Of a stretch of 53,942 nt of DNA, positions 18,872-29,662 are shown one piece after another. This stretch comes from an uncultured Micavibrio sp. (lineage in GTDB: Bacteria > Pseudomonadota > Alphaproteobacteria > Micavibrionales > UBA1664), in assembly GCA_964350795.1 (NCBI GenBank), contig CAYGLI010000005.1, positions 1 to 53,942 of the forward strand, given 5' to 3'. Made by a program: the position numbers and the translations under genes. The number at the start of each line of letters is the position of its first letter. Within the stretch, counting starts at the first letter, position 1. Under the pieces are notes generated by a model. It was not told where the DNA came from. It saw only the letters and a program-made list of their open reading frames with translations, and ran no database searches.

Positions 18872-21800
18872 ATGTCTAAACCATCAATCATTCACGGTGC
18901 GCCCGAAGGGCAGGATGCGTTTGTTTTAAAACAACGCGCTGATGACGCACAACGCCGTGGCGGGGCGGTGGCGTGCCATATTGCGATGGATGATGCACGT
19001 GCGCAAACGCTTATGGATTTACTTGCCTTTTTTGCACCTGATGTTGATGTCATTTATTTTCCTACCTGGGATTGTTTGCCGTATGACCGTGTGTCGCCCA
19101 ACACCCAAATTATCGGACAACGGATGAAGGCCCTAGGTCAATTAAAATCCCGCATGGACTCAGACATTAAAAAATCATGTGTTGTCATCACAACGGTCAA
19201 TGCGGTTTTGCGAAAGGTGATGAAGCCAAGTGCATTAAATACCATGGGCGGATTAAACATCGCCATGGGTGGGCAATTGAATGAAAAGACACTAAAAGAA
19301 TTTTTAATGGGCAATGGATATGACCGTACGGACACTGTGCGCGATACGGGCGAATATGCCATTCGTGGTGGCATTGTTGATTTATGGCCCGCGACATTTG
19401 ATACACCCGTTCGAATTGATTTGTTTGGTGATGATGTCGAATCCATTCGTGAATTCGACCCGACCACACAAAAATCAGAAACAAAAATTAGCGCGCTATC
19501 CCTAAACCCCGCCACCGAAATTCCAATGGATAAAGAATCGATTCAACGGTTTCGATCTCAATATCGTGAATTATTCGGCACAGTCAATACGTCTGATCCG
19601 CTATACGAGGCGATTACAGATGGTCGTAAAATCGCAGGGACGGAACATTGGCAATCGCTGTTTTTTGATGAGATGGTCAGTGTATTTGATTATATGCCTG
19701 ATTCATCTGTATCCATGGATCATCAGGGTGATCAGGCGATGATCGAGGCATGGGAACAAATCGAAGATTTCTATCAATCCCGTCAAACCCTTGCGACCCA
19801 AACCGCACAGGCGAATAAAAAACAAAAGGGGCATGAACAACCCATTTACCATGCGGTTCCGATTAATGGTGCTTTTGATAAAATAATCCCTGTCTATAAA
19901 ATGCTGTCCCCATTTCAATCGGATGAAACACAGCCAAAACAAGGCCGTGATTTTGCAGACATCCGAGCATTACCCGATGGCAATGTGTTCGATGAATTAA
20001 AAAAATACCTTTCCAAATATTGTCATCCTGAGCGTAGCGAAGGATCGCGAGCTTCTTCGCCTTTGGCTCAGAATGACAAGAATGGGCGCAAAGCCATCAT
20101 CAATGCTTATTCTGACGGTGCACGCGAGCGCCTAAAGGGGTTGTTAGAGGCGCATGACATTACAAATATCAAAATTTGCGATACATTTGACGAAGCCATA
20201 AAATTAAAGCAATCGTCAATCGCGCTGGTCACTTTGCCATTGGAGCGCGGATTCATCAATGACCGCATTATCATGGTGACGGAAACCGAAATTTTAGGTG
20301 ACCGATTGGTGCGTAAAACCAAAAAACGCAAACGCAAAGCCGATGCATTTTTGCGCGAAGTGTCATCATTATCGACTGGTGATTTTGTTGTCCATATGGA
20401 ACACGGAATTGGTCGTTTTGAAGGGCTAGAAACCCTAGACGTTTTTGGTGCAAAACATGATTGCGTTCGCCTTATTTACGATGGTGGTGACAAACTCTAT
20501 GTCCCTGTTGAAAATATAGAAGTCCTAAGCCGTTATGGCGATGCCGATTCAATTGTCAATTTGGATAAATTGGGCGGCGCGAGGTGGCAGGCACGCCGTG
20601 CCAAGGTTAAGAAAAACTTGCTTGAAATGGCAGGAAAATTAATCGATATCGCCGCCGCGCGTGCATTGCAAACCGCGGACACATTCCAAATTCAACCCGA
20701 GGTGTACAACGAATTTGCCGCGCGTTTTCCCTACCACGAAACCGAAGACCAACAATCATCCATCGATGCCGTGTTGGATGATTTGGCATGTGGTAAACCA
20801 ATGGACAGGTTGGTGTGTGGTGACGTTGGATTTGGTAAAACCGAAATCGCCATCCGCGCCGCGTACGTTACCGCCATGGCGGGTGGACAGGTGGCAATCA
20901 TCGCCCCAACAACATTATTGGCACGCCAACATTACGAAAATTTCTGCAACCGTTTTAAGGGAACGCCATTACGGTTGGCACAATTATCCCGATTGGTAAG
21001 CGCGAAAGATCAAAAATTAGCCAAAGATGGATTAAAGGATGGTTCAGTCAATATCGTGATTGGTACACATGCATTATTGGCCGAGAGTTTGGTGTTTAAT
21101 TCACTCGGCCTCGTTATTGTTGACGAAGAACAACGTTTTGGCGTCAAGCAAAAAGAACGGTTAAAAGACCTTAAGGCCGATGTCCATGTCCTCACCCTTA
21201 CCGCAACGCCCATCCCACGCACATTGCAAATGTCTCTGACGGGGGTTCGGGATATGTCGTTGATTACAACACCGCCCGTGGACCGCCTGTCCATTCGATC
21301 ATTCGTTTTGCCGTTTGACCCGATGATTGTGCGAGAGGCATTGTTGAGAGAACATCACCGCGGCGGGCAGAGCTTTATCGTTTGTCCACGCGTCAAGGAT
21401 ATCCGCGAAATGCGGGATTTGATTGCCGAATTGGTGCCAGAGGTAAAATTAATTGCCGCGCACGGGCAATTATCGGCTGGTGATTTAGAAGACCGCATGA
21501 CCGCATTCTACGAAAAACAATATGATGTGTTATTGGCCACCAATATCATTGAATCGGGGATTGATGTGCCATCGGCAAACACAATGATTGTGCACCGTGC
21601 GGATATGTTTGGGCTAGCACAATTATACCAAATTCGTGGACGCATCGGACGGTCAAAAATCCGCGCGTACGCGTACCTAACCTACCAACAAAACAAGGTT
21701 TTATCCGAAATTGCTATGAAACGATTGGAAATTATCGGTCAACTCGACACGCTTGGCGCTGGGTTCCAATTGGCATCGCATGACATGGATTTACGCGGGG

Positions 21801-22378
21801 CAGGGAATTTGGTTGGTGAACAACAATCAGGCCATATCAAGGAAGTCGGGGTCGAGCTGTACCAACAAATGTTAGAAGAGGCCGTGGCCGAGGCGCGCGC
21901 AGGTGGTCAAGATAAACACGCGGTTGAACAGGTCGAATTTTCACCCGAAATTAATTTGGGCGCATCCATCCTTATTCCCGAAAATTACGTTGAGGATTTA
22001 AGCGTTCGGATGTCATTGTACCGCCGTATCGCGACATTAATGGATAAGGGTGAAATTGAATCATTCGCCGCGGAAATGATTGACCGTTTTGGATCGCTCC
22101 CTGACGAGGTTGAAAATTTGCTCCAACTCATCACAATCAAACAACAATGCAAGGCCGCGAATATCAGCCATGTTGAGGCAGGGCCAAAGGGCGTTTTGGT
22201 CACATATTACAACAACGCCCCCCACAACCCAGCGGGATTAATGGCGTTTATTCAGGAAAAGGCCGGTACGGTCAGGTTGCGTCCAGATCAAAAATTATTC
22301 TTCCCCCGCGGATGGACATCCACGGCACAAAGAATGGCAGGGACAAAATCTATAGTTCGGGAGCTTTGCGCGCTATAG
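18872..22378 (+). CDS. mfd: Transcription-repair coupling factor
   Basis: WDCLPYDRVSP, CarD-like VVHMEHGIG, CGDVGFGKTE, DEEQRFG, TRCF C-terminus. Confidence 0.98.
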   Translation: MSKPSIIHGAPEGQDAFVLKQRADDAQRRGGAVACHIAMDDARAQTLMDLLAFFAPDVDVIYFPTWDCLPYDRVSPNTQIIGQRMKALGQLKSRMDSDIKKSCVVITTVNAVLRKVMKPSALNTMGGLNIAMGGQLNEKTLKEFLMGNGYDRTDTVRDTGEYAIRGGIVDLWPATFDTPVRIDLFGDDVESIREFDPTTQKSETKISALSLNPATEIPMDKESIQRFRSQYRELFGTVNTSDPLYEAITDGRKIAGTEHWQSLFFDEMVSVFDYMPDSSVSMDHQGDQAMIEAWEQIEDFYQSRQTLATQTAQANKKQKGHEQPIYHAVPINGAFDKIIPVYKMLSPFQSDETQPKQGRDFADIRALPDGNVFDELKKYLSKYCHPERSEGSRASSPLAQNDKNGRKAIINAYSDGARERLKGLLEAHDITNIKICDTFDEAIKLKQSSIALVTLPLERGFINDRIIMVTETEILGDRLVRKTKKRKRKADAFLREVSSLSTGDFVVHMEHGIGRFEGLETLDVFGAKHDCVRLIYDGGDKLYVPVENIEVLSRYGDADSIVNLDKLGGARWQARRAKVKKNLLEMAGKLIDIAAARALQTADTFQIQPEVYNEFAARFPYHETEDQQSSIDAVLDDLACGKPMDRLVCGDVGFGKTEIAIRAAYVTAMAGGQVAIIAPTTLLARQHYENFCNRFKGTPLRLAQLSRLVSAKDQKLAKDGLKDGSVNIVIGTHALLAESLVFNSLGLVIVDEEQRFGVKQKERLKDLKADVHVLTLTATPIPRTLQMSLTGVRDMSLITTPPVDRLSIRSFVLPFDPMIVREALLREHHRGGQSFIVCPRVKDIREMRDLIAELVPEVKLIAAHGQLSAGDLEDRMTAFYEKQYDVLLATNIIESGIDVPSANTMIVHRADMFGLAQLYQIRGRIGRSKIRAYAYLTYQQNKVLSEIAMKRLEIIGQLDTLGAGFQLASHDMDLRGAGNLVGEQQSGHIKEVGVELYQQMLEEAVAEARAGGQDKHAVEQVEFSPEINLGASILIPENYVEDLSVRMSLYRRIATLMDKGEIESFAAEMIDRFGSLPDEVENLLQLITIKQQCKAANISHVEAGPKGVLVTYYNNAPHNPAGLMAFIQEKAGTVRLRPDQKLFFPRGWTSTAQRMAGTKSIVRELCAL
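20020..20079. repeat. Family A palindromic element in frame inside mfd
   Basis: TTGTCATCCTGAGCGTAGCGAAGGATC...CTTCTTCGCCTTTGGCTCAGAATGACAA (60 bp), read as CHPERSEGSRASSPLAQND. Confidence 0.9.
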
Positions 22379-22766
22379 AGATTTTTAAAGATTCTTGTGC
22401 TCTGTTTTTAATTTGACCAAGAATCATTTTTATAAAATCGGCCTTAATTGATCCATCAGGGTTTTGTTCGATATTGAATTTATCAACTGCCTTATTATCC
22501 AGATTATTTGTTATTGATAATGTTGCGGGGCGGTCATGTGGATGCCCTGATAAACGCATACGCATATCGTTTATAGGGAAACTTTTTTGTTTTGATTTTT
22601 GCGCAGTTTGTGCGGCCTGAAAAAAGATAAAACACTGTCCCTTATGCTTTGTTTTTTTGTCGGTTAATGCATAAGTAATCTTGTTACCTTTAAGAGTTAT
22701 ATTTGCCCCAGCCGTCGCTGATTTGAATGCGGAAAAGACATCATGAATAGTTAATTTTTCCATCAT
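22350..22766 (-). CDS. Hypothetical protein
   Basis: 138-aa ORF filling the gap between mfd and a divergent ORF. Confidence 0.55.
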   Translation of the reverse strand: MMEKLTIHDVFSAFKSATAGANITLKGNKITYALTDKKTKHKGQCFIFFQAAQTAQKSKQKSFPINDMRMRLSGHPHDRPATLSITNNLDNKAVDKFNIEQNPDGSIKADFIKMILGQIKNRAQESLKISIARKAPEL

Positions 22767-22882
22767 TCTTCATTTTAATATAGTGTCCTAAGCAAAGCAA
22801 ATTGTTTATAATTCCATAATTTAATTGACTTTATATCACTCTACTTGCTACCAATAAATAAAAAGGACAGGGAAATAAATAT

Positions 22883-24061
22883 ATGAGTGATACTCAAACC
22901 CAAAACAATAAAGAAGAATTTCAATATCCAAAGGAATTTGAAATCGCGGTATCACAAATTTTTGTGAATGTTCCTCATTATGTTTTGGGAAATAAAAAAG
23001 ACTACTCTGCAAAAGTCTTACGCAACGATGATGCTGTCAAATTGGATATATCATTTCATGTTAAAGATGATTCTGAAGACATAGCAGAAGTTTCACAACA
23101 AATTTTTAATTTTATAGAGTTTGTTAATAATCAAAAATTAGAGGGTATAGTTTTTGATTACGATAACGGCATTATGACGTTTGATAATGCGGGGTATGTT
23201 GTTGCCGCATTACAGGAATATATTGATCAAAATCCTGATGGCTTGGACGAAGAAACGCTGGATGGGTTGGATGACATGCTTATGAAAGCATTTCAAGACC
23301 ATGTGCCGGAACTTATTCATCTGGATAATAATGAACCAGATTTTAAATATCCACGATGTGCCGATGCAATCGTTTCTGGTTTTTACAGTTATCGCGCCTA
23401 TAAAGATTACGAGAATTTCGGGATTGCTTATAAAGAATTGAAAGATAAATCACATAGAATTCAATTTGTTTGTCCAAACATGAAAGGCGAAGATTTTCCT
23501 GACCCAGATGACGTAGGTAAATTAGAAGAAATTTATGATGAACTAAGTGCGCTCGCATCAAGTGGTGTCTCCGTAAAATTGACTAACAATCGTCAAATTG
23601 TTGAAGTGACTTCGTCTCATCCATTAAAAACATACGAATTGATCGAATCAATCTATGAAGAAAACGGGATGAGAGGGCAAGAGGATGTTTTGAAACAATG
23701 GGATAATGATGTTTTGCTCGACAGGCTATTGGGTGCTTCAAAGCAAAAAATTCTTTCTGATGACATGTTGGATCAAAATCCGTCTGATTATGAAAGATTG
23801 AAAAAATCTATTTTGGCTAACTATTACAGAAAAATGGCTATCGCGGGTTTAGATAACATTGGTGAATACGCAAGTGATGATGGTGATGAATTAAGAATAG
23901 TTCCAATGGGCGTTTTCAATTCGATAAGTGATTTAGCAATGCATGCAGCAATATCAAGTAATGCAAATTGTTACTGTTCTTTAGATGAAATAGAAAGCAT
24001 CATAAGATTAGAGTTGAAATTGCCTACAACAGCCAGTCAAAAAAAATATGCGTTACACTAA
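22883..24061 (+). CDS. Hypothetical acidic protein
   Basis: 392-aa ORF, purine-rich RBS-like stretch upstream, AT-rich. Confidence 0.7.
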   Translation: MSDTQTQNNKEEFQYPKEFEIAVSQIFVNVPHYVLGNKKDYSAKVLRNDDAVKLDISFHVKDDSEDIAEVSQQIFNFIEFVNNQKLEGIVFDYDNGIMTFDNAGYVVAALQEYIDQNPDGLDEETLDGLDDMLMKAFQDHVPELIHLDNNEPDFKYPRCADAIVSGFYSYRAYKDYENFGIAYKELKDKSHRIQFVCPNMKGEDFPDPDDVGKLEEIYDELSALASSGVSVKLTNNRQIVEVTSSHPLKTYELIESIYEENGMRGQEDVLKQWDNDVLLDRLLGASKQKILSDDMLDQNPSDYERLKKSILANYYRKMAIAGLDNIGEYASDDGDELRIVPMGVFNSISDLAMHAAISSNANCYCSLDEIESIIRLELKLPTTASQKKYALH

Positions 24062-24102
24062 AATTTCCAATTTATTAAACTCTGTGTCATACTCTATCTA
24101 TT

Positions 24103-24525
24103 ATGAGTATTAATTACACCGAAAACCGTATCAAAGAGGCATTGCGCCTGCATAATGGAAATACAAATGATGCAAAGAAACAGATTTTTGCATGGTTGTA
24201 CGAGGATCATAAATTATTGTTGGATATTACGCGCCCGCACCTAAACGGGATTGTCGCCTATGCGGTTCAGCGCACGCTTAATCGTATGCTTAAAACCGAT
24301 GATGAAATTTTGGAGGAAGAGGCGCACGAGGCGGCCAATTCATCCAGTAAAAAAGATCAAGTTGGTAAGGATATCCTCAAGGGATTTATATCCAAGGAAG
24401 CCGCGCAATTTGGTCAGGAAGCATACGCCATTCCGCTTAAGAAAAAGGCCGCGTCACAAAAACATGTTGATGTTATGCATATGTTGGCGGCGACCTCTAA
24501 AAAGAAATTGGGTGATGTGGATTAA
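24103..24525 (+). CDS. Hypothetical protein
   Basis: 140-aa ORF with core-like codon usage. Confidence 0.7.
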   Translation: MSINYTENRIKEALRLHNGNTNDAKKQIFAWLYEDHKLLLDITRPHLNGIVAYAVQRTLNRMLKTDDEILEEEAHEAANSSSKKDQVGKDILKGFISKEAAQFGQEAYAIPLKKKAASQKHVDVMHMLAATSKKKLGDVD

Positions 24526-24532
24526 AAGTTCG

Positions 24533-24631
24533 CTTCTCCCATGGGAGAAGGTGGTTTTGCAACGCAAAATCGGATGAGGGGATAGCGCGGGGTTTGCCCC
24601 TCACCCCAACCCTCTCCCGAGGGAGAGGGGG
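24533..24631. repeat. Palindromic element, family B, between convergent genes
   Basis: CTTCTCCCATGGGAGAAGG...CGGATGAGGGG ... CCCCTCACCCCAACCCTCTCCCGAGGGAGAGGGG. Confidence 0.85.
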
Positions 24632-24634
24632 TAT

Positions 24635-26026
24635 TTACTTAGGTTTAATCATTTCCGCGGGTTTAATCCATTTATCAAATTGGTCTTCGGTCAATAATTT
24701 CAATGCGATACCTGCCTCTTTTAATGTTGTTCCATCGGCATGCGCCTTTTTGGCAATCTTGGCGGCATTATCATAGCCGATATGAGGGTTAAGCGCGGTG
24801 ACCAACATCAGGGATTCATTCAATAATTTGTTAATACGGTCTTCATTGGCCTTGATTCCAACGACACAATTATCGGTAAAACTGTGGCAACTATCGCTTA
24901 TTAACCGGATGGATTGCAGGACATTGTAAATCATAACGGGTTTAAACACGTTCAATTCAAAATGTCCGTTTGATCCGCCAACGGTGACGGCAACATGATT
25001 GCCCATGACCTGCGCGCAAACCTGCGTCATCGCCTCGGACTGTGTTGGGTTGACCTTGCCGGGCATGATGGATGATCCCGGTTCGTTGGCGGGTAAATCC
25101 AATTCACCAATTCCACATCGAGGGCCAGAGCCGAGGAGGCGAATATCATTTGCAATTTTCATCAACGATGCGGCGATTGTATTCAACGCGCCCGAAACCT
25201 CAACCAAGGCGTCATGCGCGGCGAGGGCTTCGAATTTATTCCGGGCGGTTTTGAATTTTAACCCTGTAATTTTTGATGCCTTTTCGGCGAATTTTTTATC
25301 GAATCCTTTTTTGGAATTAATGCCTGTTCCAACGGCGGTTCCACCCTGTGCCAATAACATTAATCGCGGCAAGGTGGCCTTGACGCGTTCGATGGAATAT
25401 TTCATTTGTTGGGCGTATCCAGAAAATTCCTGACCCAATGTTAATGGCGTGGCATCCTGTAAATGTGTACGACCAATTTTTACAATTTTGGAGTAGTCTT
25501 TTGATTTTTGGTTCAACGCATTATAAAGTTTTTCTAATGCAGGAATTAAAGATGAATGAACCTCAACCGCCGCGGCAATATGCATGGCGGTGGGGAACGT
25601 ATCGTTGGATGATTGCCCCATATTCACATGGTCATTGGGGTGCACGGGGTCTTTTGATCCAATTTTTCCACCCATCATTTCGATGGCGCGGTTGGCAATA
25701 ACCTCGTTTGTGTTCATGTTGGATTGCGTGCCCGATCCTGTTTGCCACACGACAAGTGGGAAATGGTCGATTAATGTACCGTCAATCACCTCGTCCGCGG
25801 CCTTTACGATTTGTGCGCCTATTTTTTTCGGGAGGACTTTCAAATCCATATTCGCCTGCGCCGCGGCTTTTTTAACAATGCCAAGGGCGCGGATGAGTGG
25901 TTCAGGTTGTTTTTCACCGCCAATTTTAAAATTCTCTAATGACCGTTGGGTTTGTGCGCCCCAATATTTGTCCGCAGAGACATTCATTTTGCCAAGAGAG
26001 TCAGTTTCGATACGTGTTTTTGTCAT
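24635..26026 (-). CDS. fumC: Class II fumarate hydratase
   Basis: [35 protein letters not shown]. Confidence 0.98.
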   Translation of the reverse strand: MTKTRIETDSLGKMNVSADKYWGAQTQRSLENFKIGGEKQPEPLIRALGIVKKAAAQANMDLKVLPKKIGAQIVKAADEVIDGTLIDHFPLVVWQTGSGTQSNMNTNEVIANRAIEMMGGKIGSKDPVHPNDHVNMGQSSNDTFPTAMHIAAAVEVHSSLIPALEKLYNALNQKSKDYSKIVKIGRTHLQDATPLTLGQEFSGYAQQMKYSIERVKATLPRLMLLAQGGTAVGTGINSKKGFDKKFAEKASKITGLKFKTARNKFEALAAHDALVEVSGALNTIAASLMKIANDIRLLGSGPRCGIGELDLPANEPGSSIMPGKVNPTQSEAMTQVCAQVMGNHVAVTVGGSNGHFELNVFKPVMIYNVLQSIRLISDSCHSFTDNCVVGIKANEDRINKLLNESLMLVTALNPHIGYDNAAKIAKKAHADGTTLKEAGIALKLLTEDQFDKWIKPAEMIKPK

Positions 26027-26207
26027 GTGATTTATCCTTAGAATTACAGACCCCTATGATAAAGATTCATGGCGAAATCGGAAAGACAAAATGAGGTGCC
26101 CGTAACGCATTGATTTTTAATGGATTTTTGTCGAAAACTCAGTTCGTTCCAGAGTTTGTGTTTTGTTTTGCCCTTTTTTTTGTTTTTGTGTTTAAATTTA
26201 TAGGGTT

Positions 26208-26236
26208 ATTATATGAATTTATTCCTATTTTGTCAA
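26208..26236 (-). promoter_or_regulatory. Consensus sigma70 promoter pointing toward fumC
   Basis: Minus strand TTGACA-aaataggaataaattca(17)-TATAAT. Confidence 0.7.
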
Positions 26237-26271
26237 GGGTGATTTTGAAACTCAAAGTCGTGAGGAGTTTT

Positions 26272-26478
26272 TTAAGCGATAATATCAGGAATTAGATTAC
26301 TCTCAATCTTACGAATCTCGTCCTTTAGGGCGAGTTTTCTTTTTTTGAGGCGTTGTAATTGAATGAAATCAACGGGCGGTGTTGTCATTAATTTGCTAAT
26401 GACTTGGTCTAGGTCGCTGTGTTCCTCTATCAGAATTGCAAGGCGTGCGCGCAATTCTTCTTCATATTCGCTATCCAT
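26272..26478 (-). CDS. DUF465 / YdcH family protein
   Basis: EHSDLD...LQRLKKRKLALKDEI...PDIIA. Confidence 0.9.
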   Translation of the reverse strand: MDSEYEEELRARLAILIEEHSDLDQVISKLMTTPPVDFIQLQRLKKRKLALKDEIRKIESNLIPDIIA

Positions 26479-26674
26479 TTATTTTCAAAACCTTAGTAAA
26501 AATTATTATTGCAATAGAATAACAGAAATTGACTAATTTTTTAAGATAATTATTTTGAATAAATCAAATTTCGTCATTGCGGTTAAGGTGGTAATCTATT
26601 TTACTGTGTAACGATTGTAATATTTATGGATTCTGGCCTTCGTCAGAATAGTGGCTTGAGGTATAGTATTGGGC

Positions 26675-27754
26675 ATGACAAAGAAAATTGGAATATTAAC
26701 GAGTGGCGGTGATTGCGCGGGGCTGAATGCGGTTATCCGATCGGTTGTGCATTACGCGGATCAATTGAATTGGGAAGTCTATGGTATTCTTAATGGAACG
26801 CATGGATTGATGTATGACCCACCAAAGGCACGCAAATTATCCGTTAAGGAATTTGATGGCACGGTTTTGCGTTTGGGTGGCACGATATTAGGCACAATGA
26901 ATAAGGGGAACCCATTTGCATTTCCATGTGCCGACGGTACAACGAAGGATTTATCCGAAGATATTTTAAAAGGCATTGAAACGCTGGGGCTTGATGCCAT
27001 TATTGGTATTGGTGGCGATGGGTCATTCGCCATTTTAAAACAATTGGCGGAACGCGGCGGGTTCAATATGGTTGGTGTACCCAAAACCATTGATAATGAT
27101 TTGGGGTGCACGGAAATGTCGGTTGGGTTTGATACAGCGGTAACCGTTGCGACCGAGGCATTGGACAGGTTGCAACCAACCGCCGCAAGCCATGACCGTG
27201 TGATGATTTTAGAGGTGATGGGTCGCGACGCAGGGCATATTGCGTTAAGCGCAGGAATTGCAGGTGGAGCGGATGTTATTTTAATTCCAGAAATTGCCTA
27301 TAATTTGGAGTCTATTGCCAAAAAGATACAGTCCGTCAAAGACAAAGGCCGCAATTTTGGACTTGTTGTTGTGTCAGAGGCGGTAAAGGATGAGCATGGA
27401 AACCCATTGCAAAAAACATTTGCCGATGGACAAAAACGTCTTGGCGGTATTGGCGATTATTTGGGTGAAAAAATCGCTCAGGTAACTGGATCTGAAACAC
27501 GGGTGACTGTCCTTGGGCATACACAACGCGGCGCGCAACCTACATATAGTGATAGAATGATTGCCGCCGCATTTGGTGTGCGTGCGGTTGATTTGATTAA
27601 GGAAGGCGCGTTTGGCCGCATGGTTGCATGGCAAAACCGCAAGGTTGTGGATGTGCCAATTGCCGATGCAATTGCAACATATCAAGATGTCGATACCGAT
27701 GGAACGCTTGTTCATACCGCCCGTGCGCTTGGTATTTGTTTGGGGGATAAGTAA
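26675..27754 (+). CDS. pfkA: 6-phosphofructokinase (group III type)
   Basis: TSGGDCAGLN, GGDGS, PKTIDND, EVMGRDAG, LGHTQRG. Confidence 0.95.
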   Translation: MTKKIGILTSGGDCAGLNAVIRSVVHYADQLNWEVYGILNGTHGLMYDPPKARKLSVKEFDGTVLRLGGTILGTMNKGNPFAFPCADGTTKDLSEDILKGIETLGLDAIIGIGGDGSFAILKQLAERGGFNMVGVPKTIDNDLGCTEMSVGFDTAVTVATEALDRLQPTAASHDRVMILEVMGRDAGHIALSAGIAGGADVILIPEIAYNLESIAKKIQSVKDKGRNFGLVVVSEAVKDEHGNPLQKTFADGQKRLGGIGDYLGEKIAQVTGSETRVTVLGHTQRGAQPTYSDRMIAAAFGVRAVDLIKEGAFGRMVAWQNRKVVDVPIADAIATYQDVDTDGTLVHTARALGICLGDK

Positions 27755-27760
27755 ACTTAA

Positions 27761-28372
27761 ATGCTTTATATCCAGCAATCATTAAACCCGAACGAAGAAA
27801 TTATTCGTATTGGTGAATTTCATTGGTGGTATACATTTAACGCCGCCATTTGGATTGTGATGGGCGTCGTTGGCATGGGGCTTGTGCTGTATGGTGGATA
27901 TTATTACGAGGTATTTCAAACCGTTCAACAATATGTGCCAGGCACAATGATTCATAACGCAAAATCATCGGGATATTGGGGTGCAGCGGTTGAATTTCGT
28001 GGTGGCGTTATTGATATTATTCAATCCATGCATTGGGGCATTAAATTAGGGGCGTTTGGTGTGCTTGTGCTTTGTATTTTGGCCTTTGTTCAAAAAATGA
28101 TTATAAAGCACACAACAGAAATTTGTATCACGACGGATCGATTGGTGTTGAAACGCGGGTTAATCTCACGTCATATGGCGGAAATTAATGTGGACAGGAT
28201 TGAGGGCGTCGACGTATCCCAAGGGATATTAGGGCGCATGATGAATTTTGGGTATGTCGCCGTGCGTGGTATGGGGGTTGGTGAAATTATGTTACCTCAA
28301 ATTTCAGAGCCCATCAACTTTCGCAAAGCGATTGAGCGGTCAAGATCACTTAAAAAAGGTGAGAATATTTAA
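27761..28372 (+). CDS. Membrane protein with bacterial PH (bPH_2) domain
   Basis: Two TMs then TEICITTDRLVLKRGLISR...IEGVDVSQGILGR..FG. Confidence 0.8.
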   Translation: MLYIQQSLNPNEEIIRIGEFHWWYTFNAAIWIVMGVVGMGLVLYGGYYYEVFQTVQQYVPGTMIHNAKSSGYWGAAVEFRGGVIDIIQSMHWGIKLGAFGVLVLCILAFVQKMIIKHTTEICITTDRLVLKRGLISRHMAEINVDRIEGVDVSQGILGRMMNFGYVAVRGMGVGEIMLPQISEPINFRKAIERSRSLKKGENI

Positions 28373-28377
28373 GGCTT

Positions 28378-29583
28378 ATGCGACTTTATTTTATTTTATT
28401 TATTTGTGCTTTCATTGTTTTTCCTCTTCAGTCTTTAAAGGCGAGTGATTTCAATTTGTTGCTATCCGCGCTGGAGGACAGATTGGTTGAGGTTGAAAAA
28501 AAGCTTTCTGATGATGAGCACACTGAATTCCCACAAATCACATTGACCAAGAGGTTTTTAAAGGAAGGGGACGTTGACCCTAATCTGCCGTTATTGCGCG
28601 CAAGGTTATCACATCTCATCATCCAAGACGTGTTGGATTTAGACCCTTATTTATATTCAAGTAATCTTGTTGAGGCGGTTAAACAATATCAACGTCAAAT
28701 GGGGTTGAAAGATGATGGAATTCTGGGTCAACAGACATTGGCGATTTTAAACCGAACATTAAATGATGAAAAAAAACAGATTGAGGTGAATATTCATCGC
28801 CTGAAACAACCTGAATGGTTAGGCCGCCCTGATTTGCGGATTGATGTCGATATCGCACGATATCATTTAACCGCGTATGAGGATAATGAAATAGCGTTTG
28901 AAATGCCAGTGGTTGTGGGGTCGAAAGAACGCCAAACAAATCGATTTACAACCGTCATGACGGGGGTTCGTTTAAACCCTGGATGGACATTGCCACCAAC
29001 GATTAAATCCGAGGATTATATCCCCAAATTGCGCGAAAACCCTGAGTGGGTGACGGAACAGGGCGTGATGATTTACGCCAGTTGGGATAGAGACGCAGAA
29101 CCAATTGACCCAACAACCATCGATTGGAATTTTTTATCTGATAATGAAATTAAGGCCATGCGGTTTTATAAAAACGCAGGGGATGCGAATCCATTGGGAC
29201 GATACAGGTTTTTAATGAATAACCGCTATGACATATATTTGCATGATACGAACCAAAAATATTTATTTAACCGCTCGGCAAGGGCGCGAAGCTCGGGTTG
29301 TGTTCGGGTGTTTGACCCTCACAAAATTGCCTTATTCTTGTTGAAAGATAACACTGGTTGGGACACTGAAAAAATTAATCAGGTTTTGGCCGAAGGTGAA
29401 ACATATAATGTAGGTGCGAAACGATCTATTCCTGTCTATTTTGATTACAAAACAGCGTGGTTGGACAATGACGGAGAATTGGTATTAGGGGTAGATATTT
29501 ACGATTTGGACGCGGACGAATATCGTGATATGATGAATGGAAGTCAAGTCGTGGAAACGAATCAAATAATGCTTGTGAATTAA
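28378..29583 (+). CDS. L,D-transpeptidase (YcbB-like) with peptidoglycan-binding domain
   Basis: AVKQYQRQMGLKDDG, NPGWTLP, IYLHDT, SSGCVRV. Confidence 0.9.
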   Translation: MRLYFILFICAFIVFPLQSLKASDFNLLLSALEDRLVEVEKKLSDDEHTEFPQITLTKRFLKEGDVDPNLPLLRARLSHLIIQDVLDLDPYLYSSNLVEAVKQYQRQMGLKDDGILGQQTLAILNRTLNDEKKQIEVNIHRLKQPEWLGRPDLRIDVDIARYHLTAYEDNEIAFEMPVVVGSKERQTNRFTTVMTGVRLNPGWTLPPTIKSEDYIPKLRENPEWVTEQGVMIYASWDRDAEPIDPTTIDWNFLSDNEIKAMRFYKNAGDANPLGRYRFLMNNRYDIYLHDTNQKYLFNRSARARSSGCVRVFDPHKIALFLLKDNTGWDTEKINQVLAEGETYNVGAKRSIPVYFDYKTAWLDNDGELVLGVDIYDLDADEYRDMMNGSQVVETNQIMLVN

Positions 29584-29662
29584 TAAATAATATTTATCTT
29601 GTGTTAACCAAATTGTGGCATCCTATAGGAATAATAAAAAGAAAATAATAAGAGTGGATAAA

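Noticed and set aside
24594-24776. Short ORFs such as MPLTPTLSRGRGG (24594), 4267-4452, 9390-9602 and 16228-16482
   Set aside because: Translations of repeats or antisense shadows of real genes
26030-26270. tmRNA or other known ncRNA near fumC
   Set aside because: No tRNA-like ends or tag reading frame recognised; region is better explained by the promoter-bearing element
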